This document shows, piece after piece, positions 9,350-17,735 of a stretch of DNA of 42,060 bases. The stretch lies in the UHGV virus genome UHGV-0469413. One strand, given 5' to 3'. This DNA is from a virus. The notes below the pieces were generated by a model that was given only the letters and a program-made list of their open reading frames with translations, made no database searches and was not told the DNA's origin. Position 1 is the first letter of the stretch; every line of letters starts with the position of its first letter. The position numbers and the translations under genes were made by a program.

Positions 9350-9647
9350 GTGTGACGGACAAATCGAACTGACAGAGCCGCCAATGAAAAAAAGCGAATT
9401 ACAAGCATACCTGAAAAGCTTCAAGCGGGACGGAGAGGTAGCGGTGATTGTAGTGGACTCACGGGGCCGTAACCGCTACCCCGTCAGGGGGATAACGCGT
9501 GTCAAAGATATGGGTGATCCGGTAATCATCATCGATGTGGGGAACCCGGAAAATCTGGACACCGAAAACCTGGAGCACACGGACCTGTCAGACCAGATGC
9601 AGCTCGATCTATTGGGAGAGGAGGAACGGACCAATGGTAAGCATTAA
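9321..9647 (+). CDS. Hypothetical protein
   Basis: RBS GAGGGGGA before the ATG at 9321. Confidence 0.5.
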   Translation: MGMEVFANYECDGQIELTEPPMKKSELQAYLKSFKRDGEVAVIVVDSRGRNRYPVRGITRVKDMGDPVIIIDVGNPENLDTENLEHTDLSDQMQLDLLGEEERTNGKH

Positions 9648-9894
9648 TATGGAAATGCCAGCTGCGTGCAGCAAATGCAGCCTGTACGAATCGGGAGGAC
9701 ACAACCAGAACGGGCCATATGATGGAGCCTGCTATCTTGCCAAGCGTTGCATGATGGGACATAAGGTAACCCAGGGTAGGCCATTATGGTGCCCGCTAAA
9801 GCCAGCGGAGGGAGTGCCGGATACAATGGATCGCTGCTACCTGGGAAGCCCGTGCAGGTTTCAGACGCCAGTATTTAATAATTCACGGATTTAA
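9634..9894 (+). CDS. Small Cys-rich (putative zinc-binding) protein
   Basis: ATG at 9634 after GGAGAGGAGGAA. 9 Cys in 87 aa. Confidence 0.45.
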   Translation: MVSINMEMPAACSKCSLYESGGHNQNGPYDGACYLAKRCMMGHKVTQGRPLWCPLKPAEGVPDTMDRCYLGSPCRFQTPVFNNSRI

Positions 9895-9911
9895 CCGAGG
9901 AAGGGGAATAG

Positions 9912-10253
9912 ATGAATATGTATGAAAAAATCGCGGAACAGGATGTGCTGAAAGTATTATCTGACGCCTGTTTCTCCATTGATCCTCGTGACCCCTGTTT
10001 CAGGACCATTCCAAATATTGCATGGCTATTGCATACGAGCAACTACCAAGTTCGAAAGTATATGCGTAAGCTTGTTGCGCAGGGATTTGCGAAAAAAGTA
10101 TGCGTATATGTCTATGATGATTATAAGGATGTTGGTTTTCCACAAACAGGATACAGGCTAACTCTCAAAGGAAAAAGCACAGAGAAATACAAGGAAGTAG
10201 AAAAATATCACCGAGAAATTTTTGGTGAAGTTGCAATTATGCTAATGGACTAA
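9912..10253 (+). CDS. Hypothetical protein (possible winged-helix)
   Basis: 113 aa. RBS GAGGAAGGGGA. Confidence 0.55.
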   Translation: MNMYEKIAEQDVLKVLSDACFSIDPRDPCFRTIPNIAWLLHTSNYQVRKYMRKLVAQGFAKKVCVYVYDDYKDVGFPQTGYRLTLKGKSTEKYKEVEKYHREIFGEVAIMLMD

Positions 10254-10273
10254 ATCGTTATTTAGGAGAAGAA

Positions 10274-10807
10274 ATGACAGACAAAGAAAGAATTCTAATG
10301 GCTATAATTACAAGAATCATTCCGGGATTACTATACGGTTCTTTTGATAAAAAAGAAGAATACGTCAAGTCATATATGTTAAATCCTTCTGGAATATGTA
10401 AAGGGGATTTGGTTTTCGCCAACACTTCTTTAAATATCAATGATTTTGTGGTTGGATTTGTAGATCATGTAGAAAGTGATTGTGTTGTCATTAGGGAAAT
10501 CGGAAGTAATAGGCTGTGCAATTATTACAATGAATCCTTTTCTGTTATCAACAAAGAAAAGTTGGGATATGAGATATTAGAAGGGGTTCAGTATAAGATT
10601 TATCAGAAGGTAATTAAGGCATTTGGAAATTACACTAATTATCATACTAGATTTAAGTCTATTAGTTTCGATGGGAATATGTGTACTGTACAGGCAAGAA
10701 AAGCTTTTGAAAACGATTTGTTTTTTGAAGTATCATTCCCGTTTAACAGTAAAACCACAATCACCAGTATCGGAAAGTTGTTAAAAGAAAACGATTTATA
10801 TAATTAG
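10274..10807 (+). CDS. Hypothetical protein in AT-rich island (moron)
   Basis: 177 aa. The region 10258-10810 is markedly AT-richer than its flanks. Confidence 0.6.
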   Translation: MTDKERILMAIITRIIPGLLYGSFDKKEEYVKSYMLNPSGICKGDLVFANTSLNINDFVVGFVDHVESDCVVIREIGSNRLCNYYNESFSVINKEKLGYEILEGVQYKIYQKVIKAFGNYTNYHTRFKSISFDGNMCTVQARKAFENDLFFEVSFPFNSKTTITSIGKLLKENDLYN

Positions 10808-10831
10808 CATTCTTCACAGGAGGAAGTGAAT

Positions 10832-11263
10832 ATGAAAGCAATCACCGTATGGCAGCCATGGGCCGGAGCTCTGGCTGCCGGTATCAAAGAAAACGAGACG
10901 CGGAGCTGGCCCACCAAGTACCGGGGCCCGATCGCGATCCACTCGTCCATGAAAGCAATACAGCACACATGGAGCGACCTCTACATGAACGACGCGGCGC
11001 GGGAAGTAATCAGCAGGCGGCTGGAGCTGCCGGGAATATTCGACGGCCCGGCGACCTTCCCTATGGGCTGCATACTTGCCACCGCCGAGCTGGTGGACTG
11101 TATCAAGATAACGTCAGAGTATATCGCTACTCTGACGCCGGACGAGCTGGCCCTCGGCGATTACACGCTGGGCCGGTATGCGTGGAAGCTGGAGAACGTC
11201 AAGCTGCTGCCAGAGCCGATACCGGCAAAAGGCAGGCAGGGGCTCTGGAATTGGGAAAATTAA
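10832..11263 (+). CDS. ASCH (PUA-like) domain protein
   Basis: KAITVWQPWAGALAAGIKENETRSWPTKYRGPIAIHSS resembles ASCH. RBS CAGGAGG. Confidence 0.7.
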   Translation: MKAITVWQPWAGALAAGIKENETRSWPTKYRGPIAIHSSMKAIQHTWSDLYMNDAAREVISRRLELPGIFDGPATFPMGCILATAELVDCIKITSEYIATLTPDELALGDYTLGRYAWKLENVKLLPEPIPAKGRQGLWNWEN

Positions 11264-11328
11264 CATTTTGAGAATTAAGAAAGGAGCCGTTCCCCGGCCG
11301 GGAAAGTGTACACGGAACCTTTTAAAAA

Positions 11329-12456
11329 ATGGAAAAGAAAGAATTAGCCACCGAAGAGTGGAAGGCAGAGAAGCGAAAGAAGAAAGCCCAGATGATGGCT
11401 ATGCAGGCACTGCCGTATGAGGTGAAGGTAAAGCGGGCAGAGCGGCGGGCCATAGAGTATGTTGAGAAACTGGATGATATGGGACTGAGCGCCCATGTGA
11501 GTGTAGGAGGACTGGACAGCATTGTGCTGTTACTGTTCCTGCGGAATATAGGTATTGATGTGCCAGCCATATCGGTATCAGCACTGGAGGATAAGAGCAT
11601 ACAGAAGATTCATAGAGAGCTTGACGTGATTCCTATTCCTCCGGGAAAGCCCAAGGTACAAATTTTGCAAGAATATGGATTCCCAGTCATATCCAAGAAA
11701 GTTGCTGGAAGGATTGAAACACTACAGAAACCCACAGACAAGAACAAGACCGTTCGTCATGCGATCATAACCGGAGAGTGTGGGGCCCAGGGGCATTATG
11801 CGAAGAACAGTCGGATGAAGTTGCCGCAGAAGTGGCTGGAGTTATTCGCGGGCTACGAGAACGCGAACGAGGGGGTGAATTATAAGATAGCCCCATTCAA
11901 AGTGTCGAATAAGTGCTGTCTGTACATGAAGGAGCAGCCCTGCGACCGATGGGCAAAGGAGCATAATAGTCGTCCATTCCTGGGGTTGATGGCGTCCGAA
12001 GGTGGACAACGTGAGGAAGCCCTGACGGAGCACGGCTGCAATTATTTTGGGAAAGGGGTTATCCGAAGCGCGCCGTTCACACCATTTCTGAGACAGGACC
12101 TTTTGCAATTGGCGCTTGATCTGAAGGCACCGGTGCCGGAGATATACGGAACCATTGAACGAAAGCCAGATGGAACACTGTATACCACCGGAGCCAAAAG
12201 AACGGGCTGTAGTATGTGCGGTTTTGGGGTGCACATGGAGAATCGTCCTCATAGGTTCGATCAGTTGCGAGTCAGGAACCCAAAGGAATGGGAGTTCTGG
12301 ATGTACCGCTGTTGTACGGACCCGGAGACTGGAGAGAAATTCGGCTGGGGCCGGGTACTGGACTACATCGGCGTTGAGTGGGAGAATGTACCGGATGGAG
12401 TAGATTTGCCTGGGCAGATGGATTTTTTTACAGGAGGGTTTATTTCACAAAATTAA
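11329..12456 (+). CDS. PAPS reductase / phosphoadenosine phosphosulfate reductase family protein (IbrA-like, DUF3440-type)
   Basis: PP-loop-like SVGGLDS motif. About 375 aa, typical of phage IbrA-like proteins that pair with ParB-like IbrB. Confidence 0.75.
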   Translation: MEKKELATEEWKAEKRKKKAQMMAMQALPYEVKVKRAERRAIEYVEKLDDMGLSAHVSVGGLDSIVLLLFLRNIGIDVPAISVSALEDKSIQKIHRELDVIPIPPGKPKVQILQEYGFPVISKKVAGRIETLQKPTDKNKTVRHAIITGECGAQGHYAKNSRMKLPQKWLELFAGYENANEGVNYKIAPFKVSNKCCLYMKEQPCDRWAKEHNSRPFLGLMASEGGQREEALTEHGCNYFGKGVIRSAPFTPFLRQDLLQLALDLKAPVPEIYGTIERKPDGTLYTTGAKRTGCSMCGFGVHMENRPHRFDQLRVRNPKEWEFWMYRCCTDPETGEKFGWGRVLDYIGVEWENVPDGVDLPGQMDFFTGGFISQN

Positions 12457-12498
12457 TATTTAGCTGCCGACTGCTGAGTGTCGGAGAAAGAAGGAAAT

Positions 12499-12762
12499 AT
12501 GGGAAGTCAGGAATTTTTAAATATCTGCAAAGCGAAAGTAGCAGCTTATTTTAATGAACACTGTGAAAAAACAGACACGGTTGATATCACGGTGAATGAT
12601 GTGTATGTGGTTTGGTATTGCAAGACCTTACAGAACCATAAGGCATTGTTGTCAACAACTGCGGCTGATGGTATGTACTACGAAATGACCTTTAATGGTG
12701 ACAAAAATCAGATGTATATGGATGCCTATAAAAAATGGCAGAATGTCTGTTTCGATATGTAA
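12499..12762 (+). CDS. Hypothetical protein
   Basis: ATG at 12499 with RBS GAAAGAAGGAAAT. Confidence 0.5.
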   Translation: MGSQEFLNICKAKVAAYFNEHCEKTDTVDITVNDVYVVWYCKTLQNHKALLSTTAADGMYYEMTFNGDKNQMYMDAYKKWQNVCFDM

Positions 12763-12785
12763 TTTAAGATTTTCAGGGGAGAGAA

Positions 12786-12983
12786 ATGAATCATAACGAA
12801 ATGAACTATGAAAGAGGTTATCAGGCAGGAAGTCATATGATGATGAACAGTTTGCTTGAAGCAAGAAGGCTTCTTGAAACATCCGCAGAAGAAATCGAAA
12901 ACTGCTATGGAAAAGAAACCCTATTATCTAAAAGAATTAGAAACTTCTTAAATGGAGGTGATACCAATGCGGCATTATTATAA
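12786..12983 (+). CDS. Hypothetical small protein
   Basis: 65 aa. RBS CAGGGGAGAGAA. Confidence 0.5.
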   Translation: MNHNEMNYERGYQAGSHMMMNSLLEARRLLETSAEEIENCYGKETLLSKRIRNFLNGGDTNAALL

Positions 12984-13103
12984 GAAATCCAGAAGCACAT
13001 AAACAGGCGGCACACCCACCGCTCAAAGTAAGATGTGCCGCCCTTCCGTCTAAGGATAGTATACCATAAATGCCATCCTTGGACAAGCCGAGGGGGTAAG
13101 AAT

Positions 13104-14144
13104 ATGGATAATAACCAGACCGCAAAGAAGCATCTGATTGATAACGTATTAGTTGCAATGGCACAGTATTTGACCGCCGAAGTGCTCCAGATTTTGGAGC
13201 GCGTGCTGGCAGAGGAACTTGTGAAGGTAGTGATGGAAGAGATCACCACGCTGCCGGCAGAGGTCAAGGACAGCGTGGACGACCAGAACAAGTACATAAT
13301 TCAGCTCTTCTTATATAAGAAGAAAAAGCTGAAAGAAGGCACGAAATACAACTATCTCAATTCCATCAAGCGGCTGATCACCCTGATCTATAAGCCGCTG
13401 AACCAGATTGATGAGATTGACATATACAGATTCTTGGATTGGTACGAGAACCACAACGGTAACACGGGTAAGAAGAATCAGCCGGTCACCGTCAACAACG
13501 AGCGTCGGAACCTGTGCGCGTTCTATAGCTGGATGCGCAAGGAGAAGATGATCGCATATAACCCGGTCGAGTCAATCGAGCCGCAGAAAGTGATCCGCAA
13601 GCCCATCGACTATTTCCGGCCTGAGGAGATCGCCAAGCTGAAGGACGGCTGTGAGACCCTTCGGGAACGGGCCATCGTGGAAGTCCTGCGCAGCACCGGC
13701 GCACGTGTCGGTGAAGTCGTTGAAATCACCAAGGACATGATCAACTGGGAGACCGGTGATATCCTGATCCTGTCGGAGAAGGGGGAGCGCTACCGCACAA
13801 TCTACCTGGACCCGGAGGCCCGCTATCATCTGCACAAGTACCTTAACTCCCGGGAGGACTACACGCCGCAGCTCTTTGTTCACACGCGAAAGCCCTATAA
13901 GTCATTGTCAACCTGTGGGGTCCGCATGATCTTGAAAGACATTGCGGCGCGGGTTGACATAACATCAAGGGTCTATCCCCACAAGCTCAGAAAGACGTTG
14001 GGCATGAACCTCAAAAATAGCGGCGTTGACATCGGAACGATTCAGGAAATTTTGGGCCATGCAGGCCCGGAGGTGACAGCAGCATATTACGCTCAGTCCA
14101 CGCCGCAGACGTTGCGCCAGGTGCGGGAACGGACGGCAGCATAA
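13104..14144 (+). CDS. Tyrosine recombinase (XerC/XerD / phage-integrase family)
   Basis: Catalytic signature R (STGARVGEV), HKLRKT (H-x-x-R), LGH and the C-terminal AAYYAQ tyrosine. RBS AGGGGGTAAG. Confidence 0.85.
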   Translation: MDNNQTAKKHLIDNVLVAMAQYLTAEVLQILERVLAEELVKVVMEEITTLPAEVKDSVDDQNKYIIQLFLYKKKKLKEGTKYNYLNSIKRLITLIYKPLNQIDEIDIYRFLDWYENHNGNTGKKNQPVTVNNERRNLCAFYSWMRKEKMIAYNPVESIEPQKVIRKPIDYFRPEEIAKLKDGCETLRERAIVEVLRSTGARVGEVVEITKDMINWETGDILILSEKGERYRTIYLDPEARYHLHKYLNSREDYTPQLFVHTRKPYKSLSTCGVRMILKDIAARVDITSRVYPHKLRKTLGMNLKNSGVDIGTIQEILGHAGPEVTAAYYAQSTPQTLRQVRERTAA

Positions 14145-14250
14145 CATATATTTCCAATTTTCACCGCGGCCGCAAGGCCGCATCAAAACTCGATAAGCTT
14201 ATTAACATTTCGCCCCAGAGGGGTAACTATAATCATTTTTGAGGTGTCTT

Positions 14251-15024
14251 ATGTACAAGGAGCAGATCATCAGAGCAGGACGGACGGAGGAACACGCGCT
14301 CTACCACTCTATCCGCTACAACCAGAACGGAACCGGGAAGGGAGAGAAGCGCGCAAAGCGATCAAAGCCGACCAGTGAGCGTCAGGCATTGGTCAACCGG
14401 AAACGTGCGGAGCGTATCCTCACCCGCCTGCTCAATGCCAACTTTGGGCGGAATGATCTGTATGTGACGTGGACATTTGCGAAAGAAAACAGACCGGGGG
14501 ACCCTGAAAAGTTCAAGAAGATACTTGAAAGACTTTTAAAGGTCCTCCGCAAGCTGTTCGGAAAGCTGGGAATACCGCTGAGATATATCTGGGTGGGAGA
14601 GCGTGGGGAGCGAGGAGCAGAGCATATCCACATGGTTATGACTGGAATAGACATTCGTATGCTGCAACCGCTATGGCCCTACGGATACGTGACCTGTACC
14701 AACATGGACCCATCAGGCAGCTATCACAAGTTGGCTGCATATTTCATCAAGTACAGCGACAAGACTATGCGCACCGAAGGGCGGCTCCAGGGAAAGCGCT
14801 ACAACCCTTCCCATGGTCTGATCCACCCGGAGCCGGAAAAGACGAGAATACGCAAGCGCAAGACGTTCAGCGCGGATGATATCAAGGTCCCGGCGGGCTG
14901 GTATCTGGAGAGAGACACTGTAGAGTGCGGCATATCAGACGTGACAGGCTATGAATACCTGTACTACACGCTGGTTATGCTGCCGGATTACATACCTAAA
15001 AACACCAAGAAACTGAAATCATAG
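14251..15024 (+). CDS. HUH-superfamily rolling-circle replication initiator (Rep)
   Basis: Motif LYVTWTF followed by the HUH motif EHIHMVM. Confidence 0.6.
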   Translation: MYKEQIIRAGRTEEHALYHSIRYNQNGTGKGEKRAKRSKPTSERQALVNRKRAERILTRLLNANFGRNDLYVTWTFAKENRPGDPEKFKKILERLLKVLRKLFGKLGIPLRYIWVGERGERGAEHIHMVMTGIDIRMLQPLWPYGYVTCTNMDPSGSYHKLAAYFIKYSDKTMRTEGRLQGKRYNPSHGLIHPEPEKTRIRKRKTFSADDIKVPAGWYLERDTVECGISDVTGYEYLYYTLVMLPDYIPKNTKKLKS

Positions 15025-15028
15025 GACT

Positions 15029-15391
15029 ATGCCGAAAGAAAAGATAATCCATTGTCCATACTACGTGACAAGCAGCCGGAGCAACAAAGTGTATCCTACG
15101 ATCACTTGTAGCCCGATTGAAAATAACCTGGGGTTCGATATCCGCAACCAGGTTGTTTTCTCGTGCCACGAGGAGAAGCACAATTACATCGGCATATTCT
15201 GCGCGGATCAAGAGCTATATTCAACATGCCCGTATTATCGGGCAATCTATAAATACCAAAAAGGAGAACAAGATGAAAAAGAAAACAGGATTAAAGAGAC
15301 AGGCGCAGCGGGCAGAAACATTGTCAAAAATCGCCTGGGACCGAGTGCGCCAGAAAGAGCAGGCCAGAAGAACGGCCAGAGTGGAGGCTGA
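15029..15391 (+). CDS. Cys-rich protein (two CPYY motifs); the 3' third overlaps the next gene and may be non-coding
   Basis: HCPYYVTS...TCPYYRAIYKY. The ORF runs on in another frame over the 15273 start. Confidence 0.35.
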   Translation: MPKEKIIHCPYYVTSSRSNKVYPTITCSPIENNLGFDIRNQVVFSCHEEKHNYIGIFCADQELYSTCPYYRAIYKYQKGEQDEKENRIKETGAAGRNIVKNRLGPSAPERAGQKNGQSGG

Positions 15392-15548
15392 TTCCGCTAT
15401 CTGCATTATCAGCCTGTTGGCGGCGCGCCTTGGTGATGAGGTCAAGATCACCCGCCAGGAAATAGAGGAGGCCAGAAACAACGAATATGTCGCCCAACCA
15501 TTGGATGATGGCGGCTTTGTTCTGGTGCGCGCTGACCGGACACTATAG
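15273..15548 (+). CDS. Hypothetical basic protein
   Basis: RBS AAAAAGGAGAA before the ATG at 15273. Confidence 0.5.
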   Translation: MKKKTGLKRQAQRAETLSKIAWDRVRQKEQARRTARVEADSAICIISLLAARLGDEVKITRQEIEEARNNEYVAQPLDDGGFVLVRADRTL

Positions 15549-15653
15549 TGTGTGCGCCTGCGCGCATGGGTGTACGCGCGCGCGTAATTGAGAAGCAAGG
15601 GAGCCAGCAATGGCTCTCTTTTTTCATGCAAAGCCGGACAAAACCAGACAGAA

Positions 15654-15705
15654 AATGGGGTGGGGGCATCGACCGAAAAAATTCGATAAAATGGTTGACA
15701 GGAGG
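15654..15705 (+). promoter_or_regulatory. Conserved late-region motif copy A (AATGGGGTGGGGGCATCG...GATAAAATGGTTGACAGGAGG) immediately upstream of terS
   Basis: About 90% identical to 25938-25989. Core AAAATGGGGTGGGGGCATCG also at 19944-19963. Each copy ends in the RBS of the next gene. Confidence 0.5.
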
Positions 15706-15712
15706 TGAAGCA

Positions 15713-16255
15713 ATGGCGAGGCAGAGGTGGCAAGAGTGGGCAGAGAACGAAGATAACCTGTCTGTGCTGGCTGCATGGGCGCGGGCCGGGCAGACGGACG
15801 AGGAGATCGCCAAGGCGATCGGGATCAGCAGGTCCACACTGTCTGAATGGAAAAAGAAGCATGAGCCGATCCGCAAAGCCCTGTCAACTGGGAAGGATTT
15901 CGCAAACCGCCTGGTAGAAAACAGCCTGTTCAAGATGTCCCTGGGCTTCCACGTCACGGTGAAAAAGGCGTTCAAGGTCAAAACGGTTGAGTTTGGCCCG
16001 GACGGCAAACGCAAGAGCGAAAAGGAAGAGCTGCAAACCGCAGAGGAGACGGAATACATCAAGCCCGATACGCGGGCAATCATGTTCTACTTGAAGAACA
16101 AGATGCCAAACGAATACCGAGAAAAGCTTCTGCCATCAGAGGGCGGGGAGGATGGAGAAAACGTAGGCATGGTGATTATGAATGAGGCAATGGCCGGGCA
16201 GATCAAAAAATTGATGGAGGAGGAGAAGGAAAAGCAGAATGCGGAACAGAGATAA
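15713..16255 (+). CDS. terS: Terminase small subunit
   Basis: HTH-like AKAIGISRSTLSEWKKKHEPIRKAL typical of TerS. Sits directly upstream of and overlapping terL. Confidence 0.7.
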   Translation: MARQRWQEWAENEDNLSVLAAWARAGQTDEEIAKAIGISRSTLSEWKKKHEPIRKALSTGKDFANRLVENSLFKMSLGFHVTVKKAFKVKTVEFGPDGKRKSEKEELQTAEETEYIKPDTRAIMFYLKNKMPNEYREKLLPSEGGEDGENVGMVIMNEAMAGQIKKLMEEEKEKQNAEQR

Positions 16256-17726
16256 TCAATTTGACGCCAAGGAATACCTACGCAAGCACCCGGTTCTGTG
16301 GGCGCCAAATGAGCGCCAGCGGAAAATGATGTCCCGCATGGAGTATGAGGCGCTGTACGGTGGAGCCGCAGGTGGCGGAAAGACGGATTACCTGGTGGTG
16401 GAAGCACTGCGACAAGTCCATATCAGGCATTACAGCGCAATTATCCTAAGAAAGACATACCCGGAACTGGAGGACGTGATCAGCCGGTCCATGGAACTGT
16501 ACCCAGCAGCCGTGCCGGGCTGCAAGTATAACGAGTCCAAACACATGTGGAGATTTCCGAGCGGTGCAAGAATCTATTTCGGCAGTATGCAGCACACCAA
16601 GGACAAGTATCGATACCAGGGCCGACACTATGACTTTGTTGGATTCGACGAGTTGACCCATTTTACCAAAGACGAATATATGTATCTGATCTCCCGTAAC
16701 CGTTCGTCCGGCCCTGGACTTCGGGTGTATGTGCGGGCAACCGCAAACCCTGGAGGAGTCGGACACCACTGGGTGAAGCAGCGCTTTGTTTCCGCGGCAA
16801 AACCGGAGACTACCATCGTGGAAGAACTGGAAATACCTGTTCCCGGAGGCGGAACCACAAAGATCCCAAAGGACCGGATATTTATTCCTTCCAGCGTGTT
16901 GGATAACCCAGACCTGCGCAGAAACAACCCGGCCTATATGGCCTCTCTGGCTATGATGCCGGAGGCAGAGCGTAATGCCCTGCTGTACGGAGACTGGGAT
17001 GCATTCAGCGGCCAGGTGTTCTCTGAGTGGACCAACGACCCGGACAACTACGATACGCAGCAGTGGACCCATGTGATTCATCCCTTCAAGATACCGGATG
17101 GGTGGGAGATCATCCGGGGCTACGATTTCGGATACGCCAAACCGTTCTCTGTTGGCTGGTACGCAGTGGATTATAGGGGCTGTATCTACCGCATACGGGA
17201 GCTGTACGGCGGCATAGAGGGAGAGGACAACGTGGGAATCAAGATTGACCCCGCAGAGCAGGCCCGCCAGATTTGGGAGATAGAGGAGACGGACGAAAAC
17301 CTGAAAGGCCGGAGAATCACCGGAATAGCGGACCCATCCATTTTCGATAAGAGCCGCGGTGAATCAATCGCGGACATCATGGCGAAAGAGAGGGTGTACT
17401 GGAATCCTGGAGATAACCACCGGATCGCAGGAAAGATGCAGTATCATTACCGACTGGCCTTTGACGCGGATGGGCGCTCAATGTTCTACGTGTTCAACAA
17501 CTGTAAGAACTTCATCCGCACCTTTCCCAATCTGGTGTACGACGAGAAACACGTCGAGGACATCGATACAACACAAGAAGATCACATCTACGATGAGTGC
17601 CGCTATGTGCTCATGTCCCGTGTGATCGCAACCCGTAAGAACGTGAAAAAGCCGGTTGATCTGAATGATCCGCTTAACCAGCGGGCCGACGAGATCAAGA
17701 AAACATACCGGTTCATCCGAGTATAG
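16239..17726 (+). CDS. terL: Terminase large subunit
   Basis: Walker A GGAAGGGKTD. 495 aa. Position between terS and portal. Confidence 0.9.
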   Translation: MRNRDNQFDAKEYLRKHPVLWAPNERQRKMMSRMEYEALYGGAAGGGKTDYLVVEALRQVHIRHYSAIILRKTYPELEDVISRSMELYPAAVPGCKYNESKHMWRFPSGARIYFGSMQHTKDKYRYQGRHYDFVGFDELTHFTKDEYMYLISRNRSSGPGLRVYVRATANPGGVGHHWVKQRFVSAAKPETTIVEELEIPVPGGGTTKIPKDRIFIPSSVLDNPDLRRNNPAYMASLAMMPEAERNALLYGDWDAFSGQVFSEWTNDPDNYDTQQWTHVIHPFKIPDGWEIIRGYDFGYAKPFSVGWYAVDYRGCIYRIRELYGGIEGEDNVGIKIDPAEQARQIWEIEETDENLKGRRITGIADPSIFDKSRGESIADIMAKERVYWNPGDNHRIAGKMQYHYRLAFDADGRSMFYVFNNCKNFIRTFPNLVYDEKHVEDIDTTQEDHIYDECRYVLMSRVIATRKNVKKPVDLNDPLNQRADEIKKTYRFIRV

Positions 17727-17735
17727 GAGGTATAC

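Noticed and set aside
13035-16255. Nested phage satellite (PICI-like: int, rep, terS)
   Set aside because: The terS is contiguous and overlapping with terL and the complete helper-type morphogenesis module in the same orientation. No separate repressor or att flanks are visible. Kept only as a low-probability alternative.
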